Of a stretch of 64,000 nucleotides of DNA, positions 20,119 through 31,200 are shown in pieces. Position numbers and translations under genes: made by a program. The notes beneath the pieces are model-generated. The model made no database searches and had not been told where the DNA came from. It worked only from the letters and a program-made list of their open reading frames with translations. Location of the stretch: positions 11,718 through 75,717 of the IMG/VR virus record IMGVR_UViG_3300025626_000015; one strand, 5' to 3'. This DNA comes from a virus. Every line of letters begins with the position of its first letter. The stretch's first letter is position 1.

Positions 20119-21300
20119 ATGAAAATAATTGAAAATTTAAAAAAATTACCAAATCAAAAACAAACTGCAGAAAATGCGCCACAAGGAATACAACCAGCAG
20201 CCGGACCACCTGCTACAACTACGGTTAATGTTTCTGGGCAGACATATTCTAGATTTAATACTAGTGAAGATGTTGTAAATCAACAAAAAGAATTAGTAAC
20301 AGCTGGATTATGGAGTGGAGGCACTGGTACATTAACTACATTTTTTACATCTTCTGTACAAACAGTATCACAAAAAAGACATTATATCGATGTTTTAAAC
20401 GCAGCACCGGATGTTGAAACTAGAGCAACTCAATTTGCGTTAGCATTTGGTCACGCAGAAGGAAGTGGATCTTCTAAATTAGGAACTTTGGAAAGTCCTT
20501 CATCTCAAGCAGTATATTCTCAATACAAACAACTATTATTAAATAAAACATCTAATAGGTTTGTTACAGCTGGATCAGGTAGTACTGATTATATTTATGC
20601 TGTAAATATTGAAAGAGCTAGACAAAAAGAAAATATAGATTTTGGTAATTGGGAAATTCCATTACAAAATGTAACAGCACATAGTTCAAATGCATCTGGT
20701 AGTGTTACAGTTGGAACATCTAGAATTACATTAATAGATGATTCATCTATTATTCCAGGCGGAACGACTACAGAATCTGGAGTTGTATATAATATAGTAT
20801 CAGGAAGTGTTGATAATGGAGTACATAACTCAACAAATCCTGTTTATTATGGATTATTTTATCCATTGCATGGAGTAATGATTTTAGACGGAAAAATGTT
20901 AGATCAACAATTAGGATTTCAAACTAATTTATCTGCATCAAATTCTGCTACTGCCGAAGGAAATAATCATTTTTTATTATTTAACTCAATATCAGGATCA
21001 GCTGCTGCTGCTGGTGGAAATGTTGGATTTGAAGCAAGAAATGAGCAAGAAATTACAAGTACTCATTATTTTGTAAGAGTTAAAAATGGAAGTTTTAATT
21101 TTTCAAATAATCCATCTTTCGTAACTGGATCTGCAGGAGATTTAAAAAATTCATCATTTGTTGGAAATCCAAAGTCGTATATAACAACGGTTGGATTATA
21201 TAATGATTCAAATCAATTATTAGCTGTAGCTAAATTAAGTAAGCCGTTATTAAAATCATTTTCTAGAGAAGCGTTATTACGTGTGAAATTAGATTTTTAA
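20119..21300 (+). CDS. baseplate structural protein
   Basis: LKKLPNQKQ leader; C-terminal YITTVGLYNDSNQLLAVAKLSKP. Confidence 0.65.
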   Translation: MKIIENLKKLPNQKQTAENAPQGIQPAAGPPATTTVNVSGQTYSRFNTSEDVVNQQKELVTAGLWSGGTGTLTTFFTSSVQTVSQKRHYIDVLNAAPDVETRATQFALAFGHAEGSGSSKLGTLESPSSQAVYSQYKQLLLNKTSNRFVTAGSGSTDYIYAVNIERARQKENIDFGNWEIPLQNVTAHSSNASGSVTVGTSRITLIDDSSIIPGGTTTESGVVYNIVSGSVDNGVHNSTNPVYYGLFYPLHGVMILDGKMLDQQLGFQTNLSASNSATAEGNNHFLLFNSISGSAAAAGGNVGFEARNEQEITSTHYFVRVKNGSFNFSNNPSFVTGSAGDLKNSSFVGNPKSYITTVGLYNDSNQLLAVAKLSKPLLKSFSREALLRVKLDF

Positions 21301-21317
21301 AAAACATCATTGAATTT

Positions 21318-21356
21318 AAGCCCGTTATATTTATATTAAAGATATAACGGGTTTTT
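21318..21356 (+). terminator. hairpin + U-tract with embedded TATTTATA
   Basis: AAGCCCGTTATAT / ATATAACGGGTTT stem followed by TTTTT-ACT; motif at 21328-21335. Confidence 0.7.
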
Positions 21357-21362
21357 ACTAGT

Positions 21363-22955
21363 ATGAGCAATCAAAATTCAGACATAACTACATATTACGG
21401 TGCCCCACCTACAGTATTAAAAAAGATCGATCCAACTGATTATAAAGTTAATCTATTTGAAGCTAATAAAACTTTTTCATTTACATCTGCTTCTGCTGAA
21501 TCTAATAATTTTTTACCATTATTAGGAATTTATCAAAAAATATTGCCAAATGTTTCAGCTTCATCATTTACATCTCCATTAAATTCAGATGGATCCTATC
21601 AATTTCAAACATATTATTCGATTAATCATTTATTCTATCAATATAAAAATGAACCTACAAAAACGTATGGTCCAACTGATTTAAACAAAATATCAAAATT
21701 TTTATATCAATCTGCATCTGTTTTTAGTATACCACAAATTAAATTTGGAGAAGGAATAAAACCTGATTCATTTACTTATGTTTCTAGTTCTGGATTAACA
21801 TTAAATTCAGATCGATTTGGTAATATATTTGATACCTCAATTAATACTGGATCGTTTCCTTTAAATGAAATATTTTATGAAGGATTCAATGAATATTTTG
21901 ATTTAACAAAAATTTCATATACAAATTATAATAATTTAAAATTTGAAAATGGTGTATCTACAACTACGGGTCAACAATTACCAATTGGATTATCAGCTAG
22001 ATTTACAGGATCTAGTTATATTGAAACAAATTTAAATGGATATTATGATAGAGATCATGATTATTCTATATCATTTTATATAAAACCAAATTCTTCACAA
22101 TTTGGAAATGGACAATTAATATTAGGTAAAACAACAATTGTTAGTAGTCAACAATATCCATTTAAAATCGAATTATCAGGATCTGGTAATTTAAAATTTA
22201 CAACACAAGGATCTGAAAATTTAATTGCATCTATAACTTCGTCTGTTATTAGTACAAGTGATTGGAGTCATGTTATATGTCAAAAAACTGGAAGTAATTT
22301 AGAATTATTTACAAACACGGTAAAAAATAGTTCTGGGAGTTTTAATTTTATAAATACCCCTATTGATATATTAACTACATCGTCTGTTTATATTAATAAT
22401 GACAATAACTTGTCAATTGGCGGATATCAAGTTGATAATTCCATAGGAGATTCTAAATATTTAAATGCTGATCTAGATGAAATTAGAATTTATAATAAAT
22501 CATTAACACAAGATCAAGTAAATTCATTAGGTAATCGAACAGAAGTTTCAAAACAAATATTACAAACAAATCGTGTTGGTAATGTATTTGATAAATCTGG
22601 ATTTTTTATAATTTCTAGTCCTAATTATCGATATAAAGACTTAATTAATTCAGATTATACTATAACATATAAAAGTACTGTTAGAAGATATGAACATTCT
22701 GTATTTTTAACAATAGATCAAGGCGATTTTAATGCAACTTTAAATCCAACTACTTTATTAGATGATAATATTAATATGAAATCATTTGCTACTAGTAGTT
22801 TATTTAATCCATATATAACTACTATAGGATTGTATAATGATAAAGGACAGTTGTTAATGATTGGTAAAACTGGTACTCCTATAAAAAATAGAAATGACAT
22901 TGATTTAAACTTTCAATTGAAAATAGATTTAGATAAACCTCGAGGAATTTTATAA
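21363..22955 (+). CDS. baseplate protein with LamG/concanavalin-like domain, paralogue of 20119
   Basis: YSISFYIKP, WSHVI, LDEIRIYNKSLT; shared C-terminal YITTIGLYNDKGQLLMIGK. Confidence 0.75.
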   Translation: MSNQNSDITTYYGAPPTVLKKIDPTDYKVNLFEANKTFSFTSASAESNNFLPLLGIYQKILPNVSASSFTSPLNSDGSYQFQTYYSINHLFYQYKNEPTKTYGPTDLNKISKFLYQSASVFSIPQIKFGEGIKPDSFTYVSSSGLTLNSDRFGNIFDTSINTGSFPLNEIFYEGFNEYFDLTKISYTNYNNLKFENGVSTTTGQQLPIGLSARFTGSSYIETNLNGYYDRDHDYSISFYIKPNSSQFGNGQLILGKTTIVSSQQYPFKIELSGSGNLKFTTQGSENLIASITSSVISTSDWSHVICQKTGSNLELFTNTVKNSSGSFNFINTPIDILTTSSVYINNDNNLSIGGYQVDNSIGDSKYLNADLDEIRIYNKSLTQDQVNSLGNRTEVSKQILQTNRVGNVFDKSGFFIISSPNYRYKDLINSDYTITYKSTVRRYEHSVFLTIDQGDFNATLNPTTLLDDNINMKSFATSSLFNPYITTIGLYNDKGQLLMIGKTGTPIKNRNDIDLNFQLKIDLDKPRGIL

Positions 22956-23500
22956 TGTTAAAATTAAAAAATATATTAAATGAAATTTCAGAAGACGAAG
23001 CTACACGTTTATTAAGTAAAATTAAAAATAAAGAATTAACATTCCTAGGTAGTGGAGATAATGGAAAGGTATATTCTATTAATGGCGAAGATTTATTATT
23101 TAAGATTACAACTGAACCGGAAGAATTAGCAATTGCTGATGTTATTGTAGGAAGACCAAATGAATTTGATGCATTTATACCAGTATATTATTCTGACTCA
23201 CAAAAACGTATGTATATAATGAATCGAGCTAGTGAATTACCTAATAATTTAAAATCAGAATTAGATAGATATTATGAAGATTATAAAGAATTTGCTAGAA
23301 GTCAAGGTTTAGAAACTAGTATATTTGATTATTTAAATACAGAAGCTTCTAGAAAATATAATCCTAGGATTATTACATTTTTACGAGCATTAGAACAACA
23401 AGTTAAAAAAACCGGAATAGGCGACATAGAATACTCGTTAGATTTCAGGCCTGAAAATATTATGTCTTGGAATGGTAATCTAGTTATGATAGACTGGTAA
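22955..23500 (+). CDS. protein kinase-like fold protein (minimal, 181 aa)
   Basis: LGSGDNGKVY (Gly loop), LLFK, helix-C E, LDFRPENIM (catalytic loop), MIDW (DFG equivalent). Confidence 0.8.
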   Translation: MLKLKNILNEISEDEATRLLSKIKNKELTFLGSGDNGKVYSINGEDLLFKITTEPEELAIADVIVGRPNEFDAFIPVYYSDSQKRMYIMNRASELPNNLKSELDRYYEDYKEFARSQGLETSIFDYLNTEASRKYNPRIITFLRALEQQVKKTGIGDIEYSLDFRPENIMSWNGNLVMIDW

Positions 23501-23509
23501 AGGAAAGTT

Positions 23510-23998
23510 ATGAAGAATCATTGGCACTCTAATAATAAACAACGCCAAGCAGCGTATAAATATGGATATCGTTCTGGATTAGAACTAAAGGTTGCAGATC
23601 AAATTAAAGAAGCAAAATATCCTGTAAATTATGAAACTGAAACATTAAAATATATTGTTCCGCAAAAAAATTCAAAATATACACCAGATTTTATTTTTAC
23701 TAAAAAAGATGGTAAAACGATGTATATTGAAACAAAAGGACGTTGGACTAGTACTGATAGACAAAAAATGAAAAATATATTAGCTTCAAATCCAGATATT
23801 GATTTAAGAATAATATTTCAAAATCCTAATCAAAAAATTTCAAAAGGATCTAAAACAACATATGAAGCATATGCTATGAAAATTGGTATCGTATATGTTG
23901 CAAAAAAAGATATACCATTAGAATGGTTAAATGAGTGTTGTAAAATAGATGAAGCACCAAAAAAAATAAAAATTTTAAATGATTGGTTGGATAATTGA
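23510..23998 (+). CDS. endonuclease I / Holliday junction resolvase (T7 gp3-like)
   Basis: YRSGLE, YTPDF, IETKG, DRQK, PDIDLRIIF, KISKGSKTTY. Confidence 0.9.
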   Translation: MKNHWHSNNKQRQAAYKYGYRSGLELKVADQIKEAKYPVNYETETLKYIVPQKNSKYTPDFIFTKKDGKTMYIETKGRWTSTDRQKMKNILASNPDIDLRIIFQNPNQKISKGSKTTYEAYAMKIGIVYVAKKDIPLEWLNECCKIDEAPKKIKILNDWLDN

Positions 23999-24015
23999 AA
24001 AATAATCATTATTTT
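23987..24015 (+). promoter_or_regulatory. sigma70-like promoter (class A, weak -10)
   Basis: TTGGAT-N17-TATTTT in front of a structured intergenic region. Confidence 0.4.
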
Positions 24016-24128
24016 CTTTATGTAAGTTAATAAAAGATGAAATCGTTTAATATAATGTATATTATTAAATGATGATTCGTTAGACCGATTATATTGTGTC
24101 TAACCTATATAATATAATAACCAATCCT

Positions 24129-24157
24129 TTTGATCTTTCAGTAAATTTTATTATAAT
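24129..24157 (+). promoter_or_regulatory. sigma70-like promoter (class A)
   Basis: TTTGAT-N17-TATAAT upstream of ATG 24165. Confidence 0.6.
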
Positions 24158-24164
24158 AAATTAT

Positions 24165-25106
24165 ATGAAGAACCTAAAATTACTTCAATTATTAGAATCT
24201 GTATTAGGTAAAGGTAAACAAACTTCTGGAAATAATATTGCATTTTTTTCACCATTTGTATCTCATTATAAACCTAAATTAGAAATTGACTTAAATACAA
24301 CATCTGAAGGACAAAATGCATGGCATTGTTGGATATCTGATAAAAAAGGTAGATCTATACATTCGTTATTTAAACAGTTAAAATTATCAAAAGAAAAATT
24401 TGATAAACTTAGTCGTATAATAGAAGTAACTAAATATAGAAATAATTCTGTAGAAAAAATTGAATATTCATTAGAATTACCAACTGAATATCAACCATTA
24501 TGGATAAAAAAGAATACTCCAGATTATCGTAATGCAATACATTATTTAAAAAATCGTGGAATAAATATATTTGATATTATACGATATAGAATAGGATATG
24601 CTGATGCTGGTCAATATTCTGGAAAAATAATAATTCCTAGTTATGATATAAATGGTCAATTGAATTATTTTGTTTCTCGAGCATATTATATAAATGATCC
24701 TCATAAACATAAAAATCCTCAAATATCAAAAGACATAATTGGTTTTGAAATGTTAATTAATTGGAATGAGCCAATTGTATTATGTGAAGGGGCCTTTGAT
24801 GCTATTACAATTAAAAGAAACGCTATACCATTATTTGGAAAACTTATACAACCTACACTTCAAAAGAAAATTATACAAGAGCATGTAACTGATATATACA
24901 TATGTTTAGATCCAGACGCTATAACAAATGCAATTAATATTGCAGAAAAATTTATGGCCGAAGGATTAAATGTTTATTTTATCGAATTAAATGACTTAGA
25001 CCCTAATGAATTAGGATATAAAAAAATTACAGAACAAATTCAAGACACATATAAATTCTCTTTCGAACGAATGATGGAATTAAAAATGAATACATTATGG
25101 AAATAA
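24165..25106 (+). CDS. DNA primase (gp61/DnaG-like, TOPRIM)
   Basis: YLKNRGI, IIIPSYD...YFVSR, LCEGAFDA, ICLDPDA, DPNELG; ATG 24165 preferred over GTG 24096. Confidence 0.88.
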   Translation: MKNLKLLQLLESVLGKGKQTSGNNIAFFSPFVSHYKPKLEIDLNTTSEGQNAWHCWISDKKGRSIHSLFKQLKLSKEKFDKLSRIIEVTKYRNNSVEKIEYSLELPTEYQPLWIKKNTPDYRNAIHYLKNRGINIFDIIRYRIGYADAGQYSGKIIIPSYDINGQLNYFVSRAYYINDPHKHKNPQISKDIIGFEMLINWNEPIVLCEGAFDAITIKRNAIPLFGKLIQPTLQKKIIQEHVTDIYICLDPDAITNAINIAEKFMAEGLNVYFIELNDLDPNELGYKKITEQIQDTYKFSFERMMELKMNTLWK

Positions 25107-28100
25107 CCCAACTTAAAAGTAATATTAATAGTGTTGATAAAATATTTCATATTTCTGATATACATATTCGTACATTAAAACGACATAAAGAATATCAAGA
25201 AGTATTTGATACATTATTTTTACATATTGCTCAACATGCAACCGACTCAAGTATTTGTGTAATAACTGGAGATATAGTACATTCAAAATTAGATATGTCT
25301 CCAGAATTAATTAATATGTTAACAAAGTTTTTTAATGGATTTCATATACCTACAATTGTTATATTAGGTAATCATGATATGAATTTAAATAATTTATATA
25401 GATTAGATGCAATATCTCCAATACTAGATGTTATTAATAATGATAATATTCATTTTATTAAAGAAAATGGATTGTTTAGTTTTGCAAATGTTGTATTTAA
25501 TCATATGGCAGTAGATGTTGCTCCAAAAGATTATATTCAAGCAAAAGACTTTGATGCTCATTACAAAATAGCTTTACATCACGGAGCTGTACATAATGCT
25601 AAAACTGATATAGGATTTCAAATTTCAAATGAACATGTTACTACTGATTTATTTGAAGGACATGACTTAACATTACTAGGCGATATACATAAGCCTGCAC
25701 AGTTTTTAAACAACGAAAAAACTATTGGATATCCTGGATCACTAATACAACAAAACCACGGAGAAGCACTTGATCATGGCATATTAGTATGGGATCTTCC
25801 AGATCGTACATCAGAATTCATAGAAATACAAAATGATTATGGATATGTTACTTTTGAAGTAGAAAATGCAAAAATTAAAAAATCTCCACATAGAGTACCT
25901 GCAAAACCTAGAGTCAGAATTAAATTTACTGATACAGATGCATCTGATATTAAAAAATTAATAGCAACTATACGTAAAAAATATAAAGTTCAAGACGTAT
26001 CGATACAACGTACTGCAAATCATATTGAAAGTAATAAAAATGGATCTATTGCAATAGGTAATGTTCGAGATGTAGAACATCAAAATAACTTAATAACAAA
26101 TTTTATAAACGAAAATTATCCAGATGCAAATAAAAAAGAATTAGATGCAATTAGGCATATTAATAGAACTATAAATTCTAAACTACCGGTTTTAGAATCA
26201 GTTAGAAATGTAACATGGTATCCAGTTTCTTTTGAGTTTGATAATATGTTTTCATATGGAGAGAAAAATAAAGTAGATTTTTCTAAATTATCTGATGTTA
26301 TAGGATTATTTGCTGCAAATGCATCTGGTAAATCATCTTTATTAGATGCTATAATATATACAATATTTGATAAATGTAGTAAAACAAGTAAATCAAAAGA
26401 AGTTTTAAATAATAAAAAATCTGGATTTAAAGGTATCTTTAAATTTAAGTTAAATGATAAATTATATACAATTGAAAGAGAAGGAGTAACATTAAAACAT
26501 GGTCATGTTAAAGTTAATGTTAACTTTTATAACGAAGATGCAAATTTAAATGGTGAAGAAAGAAGTGATACAAATAAAAGTATAAGACGATATTTAGGAA
26601 CATATGATGATTTTATTTTAACTGCATTTTCATTACAAGCTGATAATAATAATTTTATAGAAAAATCACAAAGAGAAAGAAAAGATTTATTGTCACAATT
26701 TTTAGACACTACAGTGTTTGAACAATTATATCATTTAGCATCAGAAGAAATAAAAGAAACAGCTGGAAAATTAAAAGCATATAAAAAAATAGATTTTGGT
26801 TCTATTATAAAAGAGTCTGATGATATTATTATTGAAAATCAAGATACTATAATAGAATTAGAAAAAAATGATAATGATTTACAAAATTCTAGAAATAATA
26901 TACAAAATCAAATTGTTGAATTAATTGAATCAAAACAACCAATGTCATATGATGGACCAGATATTTCTGATTTAGAAAAAACAGAAAATCAATTAATTGA
27001 TAATATAGAAAATATAGAAATATCTATAGAAGAATTAGAAGAAAAAATTGATTTGTTAAATGAAGAATCATTTGAATCAATATCCATCGACCAATTAAAT
27101 TTACAAAAAAATAAAAAAGAAATATTAAATAAAGATATAAAAATTGTAACAAAAGAGCTTACACAATTAGAACAACTAATTAAAATACAGCAACAAAAAA
27201 TAGATCATCTATTAACACATGAATATGATCATACATGTAAATATTGTATTTCTAATATATTTGTTAAAGAAGCAGAAGAAGCAAAAATAGAATTACCAAA
27301 AAATAAAAAATTAGCAGATATTGCATTTACAAAACAATTTGACTTACAAACAAATCGTGATATAATTCAAGATACAATTTTAAAATATCAAGAACAAATA
27401 GACTTATCTAATAAATTAGAAAAATTTGAATTGCAATTACAAGTACTAGAAAGTGATTTACAAACAAAAGAATCTGAATTAGAAACAACTAATGAGCGTC
27501 AAGAATTATTTAAAAAGAATGAAACTGCTATTATTCATAATAAATCTATAGATGAAAAAATTAAAATAAAAAAGAATTTAATAACTGATATTGTAAATAC
27601 TTTAAAAACTATTACTAATAAAGTTAAATCAAATCATGGTGAAATAGAAGTTGCAAAAACTAAAAAGAAAACAGCTTTAGAACAATTAGAAACATATAAA
27701 CAATTAGAAACTGAATATAAAGCATATGAATATTATTTACAGTCTGTAAAAAGAGATGGTGTTCCATATGAATTAATTAAAAAAGCACTGCCTAAAATAG
27801 AAACTGAAATAAATAATGTTTTAGATCAAGTTGTTGATTTTAATATGGTATTAAATACAGATGGTAGAAATATTAATGGCTATATAATATATGATGAAGA
27901 TAATTTCTGGCCATTAGAATTAACATCTGGAATGGAAAGATTTATTTCTTCGTTAGCAATCCGTGTAGCATTAATTAACGTATCAGCTTTACCTAGACCT
28001 AATTTTATTGCAATTGATGAAGGATGGGGTAGTTTAGATAGAGAACATATTTCTTCTGTAACAAATTTGTTTGAATATTTTAGATCAAAATTTGATTTTT

Positions 28101-28198
28101 CTATTATTATATCACATGTTGAATCAATGAGAGATATGGTAGACAACTTAATTGAAGTTAATAAAATTGAAAATTTCAGTCATATTCAACATGTATGA
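25097..28198 (+). CDS. fused Mre11/SbcD nuclease - Rad50/SbcC ATPase (gp47-gp46 fusion)
   Basis: SDIH, TGD, GNHD, HHG, GDIH phosphoesterase motifs; Walker A AANASGKSS; coiled coil with CKYC hook; TSGME; IAIDEG; ISH. Confidence 0.92.
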   Translation: MEITQLKSNINSVDKIFHISDIHIRTLKRHKEYQEVFDTLFLHIAQHATDSSICVITGDIVHSKLDMSPELINMLTKFFNGFHIPTIVILGNHDMNLNNLYRLDAISPILDVINNDNIHFIKENGLFSFANVVFNHMAVDVAPKDYIQAKDFDAHYKIALHHGAVHNAKTDIGFQISNEHVTTDLFEGHDLTLLGDIHKPAQFLNNEKTIGYPGSLIQQNHGEALDHGILVWDLPDRTSEFIEIQNDYGYVTFEVENAKIKKSPHRVPAKPRVRIKFTDTDASDIKKLIATIRKKYKVQDVSIQRTANHIESNKNGSIAIGNVRDVEHQNNLITNFINENYPDANKKELDAIRHINRTINSKLPVLESVRNVTWYPVSFEFDNMFSYGEKNKVDFSKLSDVIGLFAANASGKSSLLDAIIYTIFDKCSKTSKSKEVLNNKKSGFKGIFKFKLNDKLYTIEREGVTLKHGHVKVNVNFYNEDANLNGEERSDTNKSIRRYLGTYDDFILTAFSLQADNNNFIEKSQRERKDLLSQFLDTTVFEQLYHLASEEIKETAGKLKAYKKIDFGSIIKESDDIIIENQDTIIELEKNDNDLQNSRNNIQNQIVELIESKQPMSYDGPDISDLEKTENQLIDNIENIEISIEELEEKIDLLNEESFESISIDQLNLQKNKKEILNKDIKIVTKELTQLEQLIKIQQQKIDHLLTHEYDHTCKYCISNIFVKEAEEAKIELPKNKKLADIAFTKQFDLQTNRDIIQDTILKYQEQIDLSNKLEKFELQLQVLESDLQTKESELETTNERQELFKKNETAIIHNKSIDEKIKIKKNLITDIVNTLKTITNKVKSNHGEIEVAKTKKKTALEQLETYKQLETEYKAYEYYLQSVKRDGVPYELIKKALPKIETEINNVLDQVVDFNMVLNTDGRNINGYIIYDEDNFWPLELTSGMERFISSLAIRVALINVSALPRPNFIAIDEGWGSLDREHISSVTNLFEYFRSKFDFSIIISHVESMRDMVDNLIEVNKIENFSHIQHV

Positions 28199-28206
28199 TA
28201 TTTATA
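28199..28206 (+). promoter_or_regulatory. putative late promoter TATTTATA
   Basis: Upstream of ATG 28224. Confidence 0.65.
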
Positions 28207-28223
28207 AAAAAGAAACTTCATGA

Positions 28224-31200
28224 ATGGCTCGAAAACTTGCAACATATAAAGGGTATGATACTTTAAATACTTATTATACTGATACATCATTATTATCTCC
28301 GGATATTTTTGATATTAGTTTTTTTCCAAATACATTAACAGTAGGTAAGAATTTAATTAAGTTTCGTGGAAATTCTAACTCTTTAAAAGTAGGATCTATA
28401 ATTGATATTGAAATTTTAGATTCAAACGGGGACACTATATATTCTGAATTTATAGATTATATAGACGATGATGGAGCAAGAGTTATATCAATTTTCATAT
28501 ATGAAGATACTGCGCCTGGAGACGCAACAGTATTTCTTGTAACAGAAATAACTAAAATTAATAATCAATTAGTTCCTAATATTTTTAAAAATCAATTAAA
28601 TGCAAAATGGTCAAGAACTATACCAGTTAATCCATTAGACTTAAATACATCTACAATTATTTTTAATAACACTCCAAAAGTTACTATTTCTGAAAATGTA
28701 GGAGTTCAATTAAATAGAACATATAACAACGGACAATTTCCAATATATAATACCGGACAGATAAGTTTTATATCACAAAATAATCAACCAACTGCAATAT
28801 TAACAGGAGGTAAATTTATTGGCGATATGATAAACGGTACATTGTCAGTACCAAATCCAATTAATCCATTACCTACAATTGATATTAATGCTAATTCAAC
28901 TGTATATACTAGTACTATTAGTAAAGTTTTAAATGATACTACATTACAATTAGATTTTCCATATCAGGTTTTTGATACACAAAGTAATTTTTCACATACA
29001 TTTAATAGTTTTGATAATTCAACATATCAAATTGAGTACGAAGCATCCCCTCAATATACTCCAACACAAAATTCTGAATCGTTTGCATTAATACAAATTT
29101 CTGACTTAGAACCTAACACAGGAGATATTTCTAGAATTAAAGTGTATTTAAATTCTGCAGGAACTGTAGGAACATTTGAGCAAGTTAATGATATATTACT
29201 ACCAAATACTGAAATATTTATTGATTCAACATCATCATTGACTCCTGATAAATCTATAGGAATATTTGAAACTCAAAGTATTATTAATACATATTGGGAA
29301 GGACATTCATACCAAGGTAATACAGAAATAGCAGCACCTACATTAACTTGGACAACAAGTTCAATAAATAATGCAACTGCAATTACAGGAATATTAGATT
29401 TATCAAATTCAAATAACGTATATGCATTTCAATTAAAAGACCAATTTTCTGGTATTTTTGTAAGTCAATCAATGTATACAGTAACATTAGATGCATTTGC
29501 ACAACGTGGATCTGATAATTTAAATCCTATATTATCAATTTATGCATCTGGATCAGCATTTACATTTGATACAACAGATAATTTCAATCAATCATTACCA
29601 AAAAAATTAGGTAAAAAGATTGGTGAAATAGAGTGTTTAGGTAATTCAAAAAGATATGATGATATAACATTTGAATTTAATTCTGATCAATCTGGCAAGG
29701 GAGTATTATTATTTGTAATTGAATCAGGAAATTGGCAAATTTCTGATATTAGAACATTAACTGATGCAGAATATGGATATACTCCAAATTATACAAGATT
29801 TAGAACAGAAATACCAACTAAAATTAAATCTGGCAATCAATTATCTTTTAAAATTGAATATTATAATCGATTAGGAGATAAATCAAATACTGTTAATTTT
29901 GTTAGAAATTTAAATTTTGAAGGTGGTAACAGATATATAGACGGCGGATTTTCAATGCTAACTGGATCTTTATTTGTTGCTAATACATTATCATCAGGTG
30001 TAGAAATTGCCGGTTTGAAAAATACAGGATATGTTAGATCTCTAGGGTATAACGGATTTAATCAAGCCCTAGGAACCGGTTCAGGAGGATTCTTATTGTT
30101 TTCCGGATCCGCATTACCATATCAAACTGAAACTACATATCAAGGTGTAGGATTAGAAATGGTATCTAATGCAAATAATTATTTTAGATATAGAACAACT
30201 CCTAGTATTTTAGATATACACACAGAAACATTTTTCTTAGGTAATCCATCTACTCAATTCGTAAGCGGATCATCTGGTCAATTGGAAATATCATCTTCTG
30301 GATATCATATACAAGCAAATGGAGATATAACAGCTTCTAGATTTTTAATGGATGGCGGAACTATAACAGATAACGTAACAATACTAGGATCATTATCTGC
30401 AAATAGTATTTTAACTCCTGCTACAATTAATGGATCGCCGTCAACACCAGCAAATGCATCTTCTTCAATTAGTACAGATGGATTCGCAATATTTAAATCA
30501 GCTTCAATAGCAGGATTTACAATAACAGACGGAGAAATAATTTCTGCAGGTGCAGCAGAAGCATCGTCTAGTATAACAAATACAAATGTTAGCTTAACTA
30601 ATTTTACTTTAACAGGCGGTATAGGAATAAATAATCCGGCGATATCATTACAAACATATTCTGGATCTCCAACCAATGGATATGTCTTCTCCGGATACAT
30701 TTCAAATGCAGGAGCTTCATTTAAAATAGGAGCAACATCATATGAAGTAGCACCTGCAACATATACAGTTGGAGCTGGAACAATAACTTTAACGGGGGCA
30801 TATCAAACTGGAGATCCATTTGGAGAAGGCTCACAAGGAAATTTTAGTTTTTACCAAACAGATGCTCCATCTAACACAACATTTTTATCTGGATCAACAA
30901 CAAATTTTCCAGCAATAGAATCTCCTATAGTATTAAAAGCATTAGGAGAAATAACTGCTAGCGCAGGAAAAATAGGAGGATTTCAAATTGGAACTTCATC
31001 ACTTTCAACTGCAGGAGTAGAGATTAATGATTCTTCACAAAACTCATTTATTAGTTCTAGCAATTTCAATGTTAAACATACTGGTATAATGACTGCAAGT
31101 AATGCATTATTTGAAGGAGTTGCATTAGCAAATATTATTAGAGATAAAGCAGTAGTTATAACTGCAGCTAATTCTTCTTCATATTTACAGTTTAATCCTC

